Source: Planctomycetota bacterium (GTDB lineage Bacteria; Planctomycetota; UBA8108; UBA1146). Taken from it: DNA of 64,000 nucleotides. The first letter of the stretch is position 1. Each line of letters starts with the position of its first letter. The translations under genes were made by a program, and so were the position numbers. The notes under the pieces are model-generated. The model did no database searches. It saw nothing but the letters and a program-made list of their open reading frames with translations, and was not told where the DNA came from. The stretch is from the NCBI GenBank assembly GCA_036125855.1, contig JAYZTT010000001.1:7917-71916 (forward strand), read 5' to 3'. Shown here piece by piece: positions 29,113-39,611 of this stretch.

Positions 29113-29129
29113 CCTCAGGAGACATCTGA

Positions 29130-30611
29130 ATGAGAATCAACGTCGTAAGACTCATCGTCCTCGTCCTGGCAACAATTTCTGGACCGAGCCAGCAGCTAGT
29201 CGGACAGGAAACCGCTGGTGACAGACGGCCGAATATTCTCATCGCCATCGCTGACGATTGGGGCTGGCCTCATGCCGGCGCATATCAGGATCCAGTGGTA
29301 AAAACTCCCACCTTTGACCGACTCGCTGCAGAAGGAGCTGTATTTCACCACGCCTATGTCTCCTCACCCTCCTGCACACCGTCTCGCGGAGCCATCCTGA
29401 CCGGACAGTGGCACTGGAGACTGGAGGGAGCAGGGAATCTATGGAGCGTTTTCCCCGACAAGTTCGAAACCTATCCGGAACTCCTCGCCCGTGCTGGTTA
29501 CGTGATTGGTTCGAAGAGTAAGGCCTGGGGTCCTGGGCGAACCGAAACAGCTTCTCGTCAACCGGCAGGCCCGTCGAGCAAATCTCCCGATCCTCAGGCA
29601 TTACGTGACTTCATAGAAACCGTTCCCGACGGACAACCCTGGTGTTTCTGGCTTGGAAGTCATGATCCCCATCGAGGCTTTATCAAGGACTCGGGCGCAA
29701 AGAGCGGCATCGATCTGTCGAAGATCAAATTGTTTGGACACTTTCCAGATTGTGCCGAGATTCGTGGTGATGTCGCTGACTATTACCTGGAAGTGCAACG
29801 CTTTGATCGTGTCGTCGGGCAAGCCATCGCCGACCTCGAAGCCATCGGCCAGCTCGACAACACACTCATCGTCATGACGGGTGATCACGGCATGCCGTTT
29901 CCGCGCTGTAAAAGCAATAACTACGACAGTGGTGCTCGTGTTCCTCTGGCGATTCGTTGGCCTGGAGGAGTGAAGGCTGGAACCGTGGTGAACGATTTCG
30001 TCAGCCTCGTCGACCTGGCCCCTACCTTCTGCCAGGCAGGTGACGTGGCTCTGCTGGAAGATTTCTCCGGAACCAGTCTGCTGCCACTGCTTGGTGACAA
30101 AAATACCACCGACCGAAGTTACGTCATTCATGGGAAGGAACGTCACGTTCCGGCGCAGGAAACTCCGAATATGGGTGGCTACCCGACTCGCGCGATACGC
30201 ACCCACGACTTTCTGTACCTTCATAATTTCTACCCTGATCGCTGGCCTGCGGGAACTCCCGACCATGAGAAGGCTGCCTTACGCAACGCCTGGCTGGCAG
30301 ACTGTGATAATGGCCCCACCAAGAGTTACATCGTTCAGAACCGGGACAAGGATGCGGCTCATCGTCTCTTCTACCAGCTGTCCTTTGGCAAGCGTCCCGC
30401 CGATGAACTTTACGACCTGAAAAAGGATCCGGATCAACTGGTCAATGTCGCCGAGGATTCGCAATACCAGGAAACTCTCGAACGGTTAAAGAATCGCCTG
30501 TTTGCCGAGTTGAAAAAAACTGGCGATCCACGAGTTACCGGAGAGGGGCCTGACTTTGACCAGTTCCCCTACCTCGGCGGCGCACCTCGATTCCCGGGAT
30601 CAAATCGATAG
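29130..30611 (+). CDS. Secreted sulfatase (formylglycine-dependent, Cys type)
   Basis: Signal peptide. ADDWGW, the FGly motif SPSCTPSRGAILTG, and MTGDHGMPFPRCK. AGGAGA RBS. Confidence 0.9.
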   Translation: MRINVVRLIVLVLATISGPSQQLVGQETAGDRRPNILIAIADDWGWPHAGAYQDPVVKTPTFDRLAAEGAVFHHAYVSSPSCTPSRGAILTGQWHWRLEGAGNLWSVFPDKFETYPELLARAGYVIGSKSKAWGPGRTETASRQPAGPSSKSPDPQALRDFIETVPDGQPWCFWLGSHDPHRGFIKDSGAKSGIDLSKIKLFGHFPDCAEIRGDVADYYLEVQRFDRVVGQAIADLEAIGQLDNTLIVMTGDHGMPFPRCKSNNYDSGARVPLAIRWPGGVKAGTVVNDFVSLVDLAPTFCQAGDVALLEDFSGTSLLPLLGDKNTTDRSYVIHGKERHVPAQETPNMGGYPTRAIRTHDFLYLHNFYPDRWPAGTPDHEKAALRNAWLADCDNGPTKSYIVQNRDKDAAHRLFYQLSFGKRPADELYDLKKDPDQLVNVAEDSQYQETLERLKNRLFAELKKTGDPRVTGEGPDFDQFPYLGGAPRFPGSNR

Positions 30612-30614
30612 AGG

Positions 30615-31202
30615 TCAGGACCTCAACTGATAAACCAGCGGCAGATCCAGAGTCGATGGAATCGCCTGGCCATTCCTAGTGGCGGGAATGAAGAGAAGAG
30701 ATTCAGCGCTTCGGAGAGCCGCCCGATCGAGCAGTCGGTAACCGCTACTACGGATCACCTGCACCGATTCCACCTGTCCAGTGCTGGAGATCTGTAGCCG
30801 TAACAGCACCTCTCCCTCCTGACCCCGCCGACGACTTTCACGAGGGTAAATCGGCTTCCACTCGACGGCCAGTTTCGCCACCTGGGATGTCTCGACGATC
30901 ACCTCCGGCTGCGGTTCTGGTTCTGGCTGCGGTTCTGGTTCTGGCTGTGGTTCTGGTTCTGGCTGTGGCTCTGGTTCTGGCTGCGGTTCTGGTTCTGGCT
31001 GCGGTTCTGGCTGCGGCTCTGGTTCTGGCTGCGGCTGCGGTGTCGCCTCTGGAGGCGGTACTGGTTTCGGGGTCGGCTTCTCGGCGACGGCAGGAATGCG
31101 CGGTTCCCAGCGGATCTCGAAAGAGGGGACCACCGCCACCGGATCAGGAGAGTCCTGCCGTGGAGAGTCGAGTAGAATCACGGACAACCCCATCGCCACC
31201 AT
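30615..31202 (-). CDS. tonB: TonB-family energy transducer. The true N-terminus probably extends to about 31262 through a non-canonical start.
   Basis: Pro-rich (PEPQ)n spacer and a C-terminal TonB domain ([45 protein letters not shown]). The in-frame sequence upstream of the first ATG encodes the expected TM anchor with an SxxxH motif ([13 protein letters not shown]). Confidence 0.8.
   Translation of the reverse strand: MVAMGLSVILLDSPRQDSPDPVAVVPSFEIRWEPRIPAVAEKPTPKPVPPPEATPQPQPEPEPQPEPQPEPEPQPEPEPQPEPEPQPEPEPQPEPEPQPEVIVETSQVAKLAVEWKPIYPRESRRRGQEGEVLLRLQISSTGQVESVQVIRSSGYRLLDRAALRSAESLLFIPATRNGQAIPSTLDLPLVYQLRS
30907..31040 (-). repeat. Tandem 12/18-nt repeat (GGCTGCGGTTCTGGTTCT-like) encoding the (PEPQ)n spacer of TonB
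   Basis: Read directly. About 7 near-identical units with C/T wobble differences. Confidence 0.85.
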
Positions 31203-31255
31203 CGCGTGAAGAAGGACGGAACAGAACAGGGGTAAGACTCGTGTTGCCGGTCCTT

Positions 31256-33361
31256 TTAGAATCGGGCCTCCACTCCGGTCACGATACTAGCGCCTGGCTC
31301 GTTACTGCCGGAACCATGCAGACGATAATCGACATCTCCAATATTGGTCGCTCCAGCATACCAGTGCCATCGTTCACTTGCCTGCCAGCGACCGTGTAAA
31401 TCGATCACAGCATAGCCGGGAGTCCCTCCTGGTGGGATTCGCTGGATATCGGCCAGATCCCTGGAAGAGAGTTTGTCCTGGTTTCCCGCCACGGTAAGCG
31501 ATGCCTCCAGCGAGAAATTCTGCACCGGCTGGTAACGGAGAGTCCCCCTTGCCATCGCCGGAGCCAGACGCGACAGCGGCTGTTCCTCCACGACCCCGGG
31601 GGCGACCGGCGCTTCCACCTCTCCCGTGATCCACGACAGAGAGAAACTGCTGCTCCAGCGCTCATCCCACTGGCGTACCATCCGCAAATCAAAGCCACTG
31701 GCCTGACCGGCTCCAGAGTTTTCCTTGGTGACAATCGGATCCCCATCGGCGTTGACCTCTCCGGTGGGAAAACGGGTCACCAGATCATCCAGCAACGAAT
31801 GCCAGAGAACCGCCTCACCTCTCCATTGATCGAAAATGAAATCGACTCCCACCTCGGCGGTCAAAAAGTGCTCTGGATCGAGGCCGGGAGCAGGAATCTC
31901 TGCCTCACCACTGAGGCCCACATCGAAGCGAGTCAGATCCGACAGATTCGGAGCACGAAATGCCTGTGACAATCCACCAAAGAAGCGCAGATCCTCCTCC
32001 TTGTGATAGATGCCGCGGACACTGCCGATGAAATCAGACCACTGGTCCTCGATGGGACCGATCACGTCGGCATCGGATGGATCGGGATCGACCTGACGGG
32101 CATCCACCCTGGCTCGAGTCCAGCGACCGCCCAGCACCACTGATGTTCGGTCATCGATGGAGATGGTGTCCTGTAGATAGGCACCAAATAGCTGGTAGGT
32201 CGAATCATCAGCGACGGGCCCTCGTGGTCGTACCTCCAGCACCGTCCCGTCCTGATCAAATTCAGTGTAGTGCGAATCGACCGATTCGTGGGTGAAGTCG
32301 AATCCCGTCGAAATCTCGCCCCAGCGGGTGATCCCATCCCAGGTGTAGGACAGACCCAGCGCCTCGTCTTCAAATCCCTGAACTCGTTGACGACCATTAC
32401 TGCGAATGCGGTCCTCTTCGTCGGTAATCTGTTGCCGGGAGATGGTCCATTCGGATTGAGAATCTCCATCATGGTACTGACGTAGTCGGAAGTAGATCAG
32501 ATCCCGTCCCCCATCGATATCACGCTGCAGATCGGTACCGGACTGGAGGCCATGCCAATTGCTACCGAAGATGGTCGAGTGAGTACGCGGAACATCCTCT
32601 TGACGATGGTGCTGGATGCCTACCATCAGATCGAGCTCAGGACCCAGATGGGAAACCAGCGACAAATCGCCACTCCACTCCCGGTATCCGCTATTCTCCT
32701 GCAGACCTTCACTTCTCCCCGCCACGAAATCATCATAGTCGCGATAACTTGCGCCAAAACGAATCGCGTAATCTTCTCGAATCTGAATCTGCTCGATGCG
32801 ACTGACCGAGGACCTTTCTGCCGATGCATAACGTTGCATGAAACGCGTCTCATCCATCGGTACAGGACCTGGCTCAACGCTGCGGCTCGTCAGTGCTATC
32901 GTACCCCCCGCCGCATCGCTGCCGTGAAGCACGGAACCTGGACCGAAGATCACCTCGGCAGCGCCAAGCGAAAGAGGATCAATCAGGGAAAGGTACTGGT
33001 TCGGCCCTGATCGGAAGGTTGAATTGTTGAGTCGTATCCCGTCGATCAGGATCAGGGTCCGGAATCCTGTTTGGCCGCGTAGATACGGTGACATCTGTCC
33101 ATAGGAGGTTCGCTGGAGATGGATCGCCGGTTCGTGGTCCATATGATCACCGATGGTACGAGCCTCCAGTGGCGATCGTTTATCGCTATCGATCAAACCG
33201 ATCCGGAACCGGGACGACTCCTCCACATCGAGACGGCTGGCGGTGATGATCACCTCCTCCAGCACATCGGATGGCGCGGGATCCTGATCCTGGAGTGAGG
33301 AGCCCGACAGAGGAATCAGAATCAATAGATGCAGAAACAAAGCTCTGAACCTTTCAAACAA
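31256..33361 (-). CDS. TonB-dependent outer-membrane receptor
   Basis: Plug-domain start [13 protein letters not shown], beta-barrel-type sequence throughout, and a C-terminal ...TGVEARF. The TTG at 33361 gives signal peptide (M)[19 protein letters not shown] and avoids overlap with the upstream gene. The ORF-track ATG at 33481 is the alternative start. Confidence 0.85.
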   Translation of the reverse strand: MFERFRALFLHLLILIPLSGSSLQDQDPAPSDVLEEVIITASRLDVEESSRFRIGLIDSDKRSPLEARTIGDHMDHEPAIHLQRTSYGQMSPYLRGQTGFRTLILIDGIRLNNSTFRSGPNQYLSLIDPLSLGAAEVIFGPGSVLHGSDAAGGTIALTSRSVEPGPVPMDETRFMQRYASAERSSVSRIEQIQIREDYAIRFGASYRDYDDFVAGRSEGLQENSGYREWSGDLSLVSHLGPELDLMVGIQHHRQEDVPRTHSTIFGSNWHGLQSGTDLQRDIDGGRDLIYFRLRQYHDGDSQSEWTISRQQITDEEDRIRSNGRQRVQGFEDEALGLSYTWDGITRWGEISTGFDFTHESVDSHYTEFDQDGTVLEVRPRGPVADDSTYQLFGAYLQDTISIDDRTSVVLGGRWTRARVDARQVDPDPSDADVIGPIEDQWSDFIGSVRGIYHKEEDLRFFGGLSQAFRAPNLSDLTRFDVGLSGEAEIPAPGLDPEHFLTAEVGVDFIFDQWRGEAVLWHSLLDDLVTRFPTGEVNADGDPIVTKENSGAGQASGFDLRMVRQWDERWSSSFSLSWITGEVEAPVAPGVVEEQPLSRLAPAMARGTLRYQPVQNFSLEASLTVAGNQDKLSSRDLADIQRIPPGGTPGYAVIDLHGRWQASERWHWYAGATNIGDVDYRLHGSGSNEPGASIVTGVEARF

Positions 33362-33386
33362 ACCTGACGAGAGCCAGGCCAGGTCT

Positions 33387-33998
33387 TCAAGAAACGCCAC
33401 TCTCCTGTTCGAGGATTCGTTCCGCGATATTCCGATGATGCTGGGTATGAATCCGCGCAAACCGTAGCCATTGCCAGGCACCCAGTTCCCCTACCGCATG
33501 ATGGGTGAGAACCAGTCCTCTCGAATCAATCTCGTCGAGGCGAGGGGCAACCTCCTGCCACCCGCCAAGTACATCTTGTCGTAGCTGTTCAAGTGCATCT
33601 GCGCCGGGATCCTCTCGGGGGATCACGAAATCAGGTGCGGTCGCCTTCCCCAGTGGGATTTTTCCGCTCGATAACACCATCAAACCCGCATCATTGAGCC
33701 CATCGGTGCTTTCCTGGCCACGTCCAATTCCCAGCATCCGGACCGCCTTCAGATTCAGCTGATCGGCCAGCAATAGATGGTCCAGTTGCTGTCCCACTGA
33801 CCAGGCAGAAATCTTCTCCTGTCGCTGATTCAGACATTCCTGGCTGCAGGTCCACCGTTCCAGTGATTCGATGAGGGACAGGAACTTCTCAAGATCATCG
33901 GGCTCGATTCCAACGGCACGAGGATTCAACAAACCTCCTGAAAAAAACGGGAGCGGCCGGATCTGCTGCGATCCGACCGCTCCCGCGAAAAACCTCAC
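33387..33998 (-). CDS. DinB-family (DinB_2-like) four-helix-bundle protein
   Basis: WSVGQQLDHLLLAD near the first helix and HTQHHRNIAERIL at the C-terminus (His-triad pattern). GTG start, with the exact start uncertain. Confidence 0.55.
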   Translation of the reverse strand: MRFFAGAVGSQQIRPLPFFSGGLLNPRAVGIEPDDLEKFLSLIESLERWTCSQECLNQRQEKISAWSVGQQLDHLLLADQLNLKAVRMLGIGRGQESTDGLNDAGLMVLSSGKIPLGKATAPDFVIPREDPGADALEQLRQDVLGGWQEVAPRLDEIDSRGLVLTHHAVGELGAWQWLRFARIHTQHHRNIAERILEQESGVS

Positions 33999-34004
33999 GA
34001 CGAA

Positions 34005-37000
34005 CTAGAATCCAGGCAAGAGCAGATCGTCATCGGTGGCGCCGGGCGATCCTGGCATTTCGGCAGTACCAGTGGTCCGAGTACTGGTCGCTCCAGTTCC
34101 CGTCACCTGCTGGCCGTAGGTGAAGCCGTTCAGCAGGCGCACCGCATCGCCATTTTCGTCGACACAGACCAACCAGACACGAACCTGGAAACGCTCACCG
34201 TCTCCATTGAGTCCATCGTCTGCCAGCCCTTGCATCCAGGGACCCACTTCGTAGCGCAGGTGCGTTTGAGCCGAAGGATCGCCGACACAGGGGTCGATCC
34301 CCTCCGGAGATGGTGACCCGGAATTGTTGGTGTACTCGCGAACACAGTGGAACACTCCGGTCGTGGTCTGGTCGGCAGCAAACTCCGAGGGAGGTGCCTG
34401 GATCTCATTCCACAACCACGGCTTGGCGTCGGCATAGATTCCATCCAGAGCACTGTTGGCGGTCTGCCCGGTGCCGCCGGACGGAGGATCGATGCGAGGA
34501 GCCGCCAGCGGATCGCCCGGCAAACTGGCGTCATTGCTGGGACTCAATGCAGGCTGATCATCAACGGTCACCACCTGATACCAGTTGAAGTGATGTCCTC
34601 CGAAGGCTGCCGCGGCAGCACCCAGGTCTCCACCCATTCCAAAGGTCTCGAACACCGCTTCCACCGGCGAGTTCGCATCGCCGGTTTCTGAGATCGTGAT
34701 GGTGCCCATCAGTGTTTCGCCCGATGAGATGGAGATCTGTTTTTCGGCAAGATCGAGAATCGGGGGATCGAGCCCGCCAGCGACCGTTCCTCCATTGAGA
34801 ATCAAGATCGATTTGCCAGCATTCTGCACCCAGAACCGCTCGCCAAACTGCATGCTGGCTCCGACGTCGCCGAGAGGATCGGCAAAGGCGCCGTGATCAC
34901 CCGCGATGTAGTGCGTGGCCCCTCCGGCATGCAGACCGAGTGGATACACCTTCTGGATACCGCCGCCGAGAGGATTCCCCGACAACTCCGGTCGACCCAG
35001 CGATCCGATCCGTTCCATCGGTATGGTACCGCCCAGATAGGACGGTTCCACGATGCCAACATAGGTCCCTGGATCCCCGGCGCCGTTGGGTAGATCGGTA
35101 ACAGGCGTACCGACCATGGTGGCGTAAAGTCCTGTTCCGAGGCTATCGATGGGTACCACGGTGTCAGGGAGCCAGACACCAAAGCTGTTGTCAGCGGTCG
35201 GCTTCCCGCCCACCACCACTCCCATGTGAATCGGTACCCGTTCTGCGGCACGACGGATGTGATTGATCGGATCGATGGCATCTGCCACCGAGGAGATGAC
35301 ATTCAGAGCCTGTTCAGCTCTGGTACTGCCCTGCACCAGGCCCTCTCCGGCAAAGAAGTTGAGCAATCTCGGGTTATAGATCGGCGAGTTCTCTAGCATC
35401 TTTGGCAGACCACCGCCGGTAACATTCAACTCAGCACTGGAGATGTAGCCCTCCGGCATCGCGCTGAGGAAGGTGGTCCCGATCAAACCGCCCAGAGACT
35501 GTCCGACATAGTGGATTTCATCGGTGAAATCGTTGGCAAGCCCATCTCCGTCGAGATCCCAGTCGGGAATCGTTGCTGTCAGCAACGCAAGATCACAAAC
35601 CGCCTGCATCCAGACCGATCTGGAACTGATGAGACTCGGGAAATTGAGGAAGTATTCACCGCTGGGCTCGGGGATTCCGTCGCCGATGGCATATCCATCT
35701 TCATCAATACCTGTCGGTTCACCGGTATCGTTATCGAGCAGATCGATGCCGAAAGTTCTTTCTTCACCGGCTAAAGCAAAAATGCCTTCCGGCCCTGCAA
35801 AAAGCGGATTCGCGGTGACCGTGCCATGCAACGGTGCGTCCATCGACACAACCGCATAACCGAGTCCACATAACAGAGAGGTAAAGGCTGCTGCATCGAA
35901 ACGACTACGCGTAATTCCGTGCTGGAAAATGACTACCGGCCAGGGTGGCGGAGGAGATGCCAGCACCGAAGGGTCAGGAGTTGATATCAATACCGGGACC
36001 TCATGCTCTCCCTGGGCCAGAGGTACCGGATTGTATCGGGTGGTATGAGCTGCATTGGCCGCTGGCGGACTGGAGCTCTGGTAGACCACGCCACCGTTTT
36101 TCCAGTAGCCGGTCACCGCATCGGTCCACCCCTCGGGCCCTGAACCATCTCCCGGAAAGTAAGTCGGCAAGGTGATGGTCGCCTGGGTCATCAGGGCATT
36201 GTAGGGAAGGGAGTCGACACTGGAGATGACACCGACCGCCACCAGGTAATCTCCCACCGTACCGAGACCCGGAACCGAAACGCCCGGGGTCGTGGTAGCA
36301 GGCGCTTGCGCCAGGGTAGCAGCCACTGCTCCATCCAGGACGTCGGTGACGCTCTGACAGGTGAAGGAATTGACCACAACCACCGAATCGGGATCGATCC
36401 CGGCCCCTGCTAGCAGCGACAGGCTCTGTCCGACAACGGCTCCCATGGCGTTGGCAAATCCATCGGTAGAGGCGTTTCCGGTATTCTCCGGAATGCCACT
36501 GGCCATCCGTTCAAATTGATCGGAACGGATCACCGCATTACCGCGGAAATCCTCGACTCCGTTGGTCACGGCGACCATCACACCTCGTGACAGGCCTCCG
36601 AGCGAGACATTGTCGGAAGCAGGCCAAGGTCTCTTTGGTTTGACCATGATCTGAAATCCAACGCTTTTGGTCAGACTGACCGCATAATCAGAATCTGCCT
36701 GGAACTCTCGAATGATGCTGACCGGTAGAGCGACCGGGGCACCAACCGAATTGAATGAATCAGAGGGTGGACTGATCGCCACTTCAAACACCCGTACCGT
36801 TCGCCCCCCGAGAACACTGGCGGCATTGAGATTATGGGTGAAGTCGACCTGCATCGGCATCGTGGTCGAGAAACCATCGAGGAATCCCTGAGCGACCAGC
36901 ACGTCACCGGTATCGGTAACATCGGGAGCCGAAGGAATGATCGGAGTATTGGTGACTGTGGCTCCAGGAGCACCGGCCACCTCAAGTGCCATCTCATTGA

Positions 37001-37163
37001 GAGCTGCGTAGGTGATGAATAGATCCGAAGGATAGGGAACCGAGAAGGCTCCGGTCGAGAACTCCGCCTCTGTCGGCGGAGGAGTTAGTGTGAACTTTTT
37101 GTTGTTGCAACCCGAGATCCCGATGGTGATCGAGACGCAGATCATGAGCAAAATTCGACTCAT
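34005..37163 (-). CDS. Large lipoprotein with an alpha/beta-hydrolase (lipase/esterase-like) core
   Basis: Lipobox MSRILLMICVSITIGISGC. VVIFQHGITRSRFD...MDAPLHG and the nucleophile elbow HYVGQSLGGLIG (GxSxG). The overall layout resembles bacterial extracellular lipases with a long N-terminal domain. GGGAGGA RBS. Confidence 0.75.
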   Translation of the reverse strand: MSRILLMICVSITIGISGCNNKKFTLTPPPTEAEFSTGAFSVPYPSDLFITYAALNEMALEVAGAPGATVTNTPIIPSAPDVTDTGDVLVAQGFLDGFSTTMPMQVDFTHNLNAASVLGGRTVRVFEVAISPPSDSFNSVGAPVALPVSIIREFQADSDYAVSLTKSVGFQIMVKPKRPWPASDNVSLGGLSRGVMVAVTNGVEDFRGNAVIRSDQFERMASGIPENTGNASTDGFANAMGAVVGQSLSLLAGAGIDPDSVVVVNSFTCQSVTDVLDGAVAATLAQAPATTTPGVSVPGLGTVGDYLVAVGVISSVDSLPYNALMTQATITLPTYFPGDGSGPEGWTDAVTGYWKNGGVVYQSSSPPAANAAHTTRYNPVPLAQGEHEVPVLISTPDPSVLASPPPPWPVVIFQHGITRSRFDAAAFTSLLCGLGYAVVSMDAPLHGTVTANPLFAGPEGIFALAGEERTFGIDLLDNDTGEPTGIDEDGYAIGDGIPEPSGEYFLNFPSLISSRSVWMQAVCDLALLTATIPDWDLDGDGLANDFTDEIHYVGQSLGGLIGTTFLSAMPEGYISSAELNVTGGGLPKMLENSPIYNPRLLNFFAGEGLVQGSTRAEQALNVISSVADAIDPINHIRRAAERVPIHMGVVVGGKPTADNSFGVWLPDTVVPIDSLGTGLYATMVGTPVTDLPNGAGDPGTYVGIVEPSYLGGTIPMERIGSLGRPELSGNPLGGGIQKVYPLGLHAGGATHYIAGDHGAFADPLGDVGASMQFGERFWVQNAGKSILILNGGTVAGGLDPPILDLAEKQISISSGETLMGTITISETGDANSPVEAVFETFGMGGDLGAAAAAFGGHHFNWYQVVTVDDQPALSPSNDASLPGDPLAAPRIDPPSGGTGQTANSALDGIYADAKPWLWNEIQAPPSEFAADQTTTGVFHCVREYTNNSGSPSPEGIDPCVGDPSAQTHLRYEVGPWMQGLADDGLNGDGERFQVRVWLVCVDENGDAVRLLNGFTYGQQVTGTGATSTRTTGTAEMPGSPGATDDDLLLPGF

Positions 37164-37341
37164 GTATATCCTCCCGTGGATGTTTACTTACACGCTAATT
37201 TTCTGAACTGGACCCCTGTGGAACCACCCCCGGTAAGACCGATCAAAAACACCCCAAATCAGTCACCCTCAAGGAGTTGCTCCAGCGGTGCAGCCTACCA
37301 CAGGGACGCCCCAGATGGTCTACGAGACCCCCGTACAAATG

Positions 37342-37806
37342 TCAATCATCGGTCACCCCCCGAAACCGGTTCCAGGAGCCCAGATGGGCTTCCTGAAGGC
37401 GGCGCATCTGCTCCGCCTCCTGCGGATCCAGATCGTCATGGCCCAGCAGATGCAGGAGACCATGCACCACGTACAGGTGAACTTCCCGTAAGGGGCCGAA
37501 ATTGTGTTCAGAGGCCTGCTTCAGGGCGGTATCGGTCGAGATCACAATTTCGCCGTCGACCAGTTCAGCGATCGTTTCCTCCAGTGGAAATGTGATCACA
37601 TCGGTTGCCGTTGGATCGTCCATGAACTCACCATGGAGTTGAGCGATGCGTTCGTCATCGACGAAGCAGATTCCGACACGGCCACCATGGTTCTCGCGCC
37701 TCAGCACGAAGCGGACCAGGTCTTCGACCTGCTGATGATCGATGGAGATCGCCTCCTGGAGATCCTGAATCTCAACCTCCACCGAGAAACCAGGATCGTC
37801 GGTCAT
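37342..37806 (-). CDS. ybeY: rRNA maturation endoribonuclease YbeY
   Basis: The zinc motif HGLLHLLGHDD. ATGA overlap with the upstream gene. Confidence 0.9.
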   Translation of the reverse strand: MTDDPGFSVEVEIQDLQEAISIDHQQVEDLVRFVLRRENHGGRVGICFVDDERIAQLHGEFMDDPTATDVITFPLEETIAELVDGEIVISTDTALKQASEHNFGPLREVHLYVVHGLLHLLGHDDLDPQEAEQMRRLQEAHLGSWNRFRGVTDD

Positions 37807-39431
37807 GAGCGACGAGTCGTCACGGTAGAATCGGGCGCCGAATCGGACGGAGATTCGCTCGATGAGGATTTCGTACCGTCAGAATCGACAGCCTCGTTGT
37901 TCGAGTTATTCCCCACTTCCGTGGGGTACTTGACTCGTCCATGATGAATCGCAGTGAGAACACGAACAAATGCATCTTCAATTCGGTGCAGATCACTCAT
38001 CGTCAGTTCACACTCGTCTAGCTGCCCCTCCTGAGAGCGGGCTTGAACGATGTTTCGGACATGCTGGCGCACTCGCGCTGGAGTCGGATCAGAAAGGGTT
38101 CGGGAAGAAGCCTCCACGCCATCAGCGAGCATCAATATGCCTGCCTCACTGAATGTCGGGCGTGGTCCAGGATAACGAAATGCTTCTCGAGTACGATCCG
38201 CTTCCTCTTCATCGACTTGCTGCGCCTTCTTGTTGAAGAAGAACTCAACCACGGAGGTTCCATGGTGCATCGGAATCATGTCGACGATCGGGGTCGGAAG
38301 GTGCTCTTCCTCAGCGATCCTCATCCCGTCCTTCACGTGGGCGATGACAACCAGTCGTGACATCTCCGGAGAGAGACGATCATGAACATTTTCGCCGCCC
38401 TGCATGTTCTCGACAAAGTAACCAGGCTTCATCATCTTGCCGATATCGTGGTAGAGAGCACCTACGCGACACAGTAACCCGTTAGCACCGATGCTGTCGG
38501 CGGCTTCCTCTGCCAGTTGCCCGACCATCAGTGAATGCTGGAAAGATCCCGGTGCCAGCAATGAAAACTCATTGAGAAGTGGCCGATGAGTGTCCGCCAG
38601 TTCCATCAATCTGATTTCAGTGAGTACGTCAAACCACTTCTCGAGGAATGGCAGCGCGCTGGTGATCAACACTCCTGCAGCAACGCCTCCCACCAGACTC
38701 CACAACGCATCTTGTAATGGAGCTGAAGTCAGCAAGCTATTCAGGGTGAGACCTCTGAAAGCGATGGGGTTCAGAAGCAGAGTCGAAACTGCCTGGGTAA
38801 GACCAGCAAGAAAACCGACGGTCAAGATTCGAGTACGAGACCGAACTCGCTGAACTCCCTGGATCGCCACAAGGATTCCAAGAAATTGCGCCACGGCCAT
38901 CGCTACCTGATTGATCTCAGGAAGTCGGATTTGAACCATCAGCGCAGTGATGGCGATCGCTACCAGTGACACCAGCACGGCTCGGTTGATCCTCAACAAG
39001 AACCCGAGAACCATCCCCAGTAACGGAACCGGCAGCAACATCACGGAAACATCGGGCCGCTGAAGGATTACCCAGTTAGCCACCAGGAAACCGTTGAGGA
39101 GCAAGAAGGTGCGACCTATCTGAAGATCTCGCCGTTCCCGATCATGCCGCTGAGCTCGAGCCAGCAGCAGCGCTCCGGCAAAAATCAGGACCACGTAGGC
39201 CAGAAGTTCGCCCCACTCCCAGAGCGAAATGCCCGTCAGCAGGGAAGTCTCGTAACTCTTCCAGCCAACCAGGAAGGTGGCGGCCAGTACCTGGATCAAC
39301 AGAATCAGATAATGGCCAAGTCGCCGCGACGATGCCTCGTCACTGGCGATCTGGCTCGACCGAGTCTGTCGTCTGCCGAAAGAGAGCCGCTGCCAGGTCT
39401 TGCCACCTGAGCGCGCTCGCGCCTTCGCCAT
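37803..39431 (-). CDS. pgpH: 7TM-HD membrane phosphohydrolase (PgpH/YqfF family)
   Basis: Seven hydrophobic segments followed by the HD domain HSLMVGQLAEEAA...GALYHDIGK. The conserved phoH-pgpH-ybeY gene order. Start taken at the internal ATG 39431 (MAKARARSGG...). Confidence 0.85.
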   Translation of the reverse strand: MAKARARSGGKTWQRLSFGRRQTRSSQIASDEASSRRLGHYLILLIQVLAATFLVGWKSYETSLLTGISLWEWGELLAYVVLIFAGALLLARAQRHDRERRDLQIGRTFLLLNGFLVANWVILQRPDVSVMLLPVPLLGMVLGFLLRINRAVLVSLVAIAITALMVQIRLPEINQVAMAVAQFLGILVAIQGVQRVRSRTRILTVGFLAGLTQAVSTLLLNPIAFRGLTLNSLLTSAPLQDALWSLVGGVAAGVLITSALPFLEKWFDVLTEIRLMELADTHRPLLNEFSLLAPGSFQHSLMVGQLAEEAADSIGANGLLCRVGALYHDIGKMMKPGYFVENMQGGENVHDRLSPEMSRLVVIAHVKDGMRIAEEEHLPTPIVDMIPMHHGTSVVEFFFNKKAQQVDEEEADRTREAFRYPGPRPTFSEAGILMLADGVEASSRTLSDPTPARVRQHVRNIVQARSQEGQLDECELTMSDLHRIEDAFVRVLTAIHHGRVKYPTEVGNNSNNEAVDSDGTKSSSSESPSDSAPDSTVTTRRS

Positions 39432-39611
39432 GGTACCCCTTTCACCCGGATCACTCCGGGCACTCTGCGATCGAATCGGATCGCAGCAAGGAGCCATTTT
39501 CGGAGGAAACCATCGATCTGTCCAAGGGAAGACGGATCATCTGGCCAAAGAGTTTCGAGAAATATCGGGGAATTAGTCCGTAACTCCATACACAGAAGAC
39601 CGTTATAGAAT

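Noticed and set aside
33362-33998. Possible cobalamin or other riboswitch leader in front of the TonB-dependent receptor
   Set aside because: The region is occupied by an ORF with DinB-like His motifs. I could not find a B12-box or any other riboswitch core.
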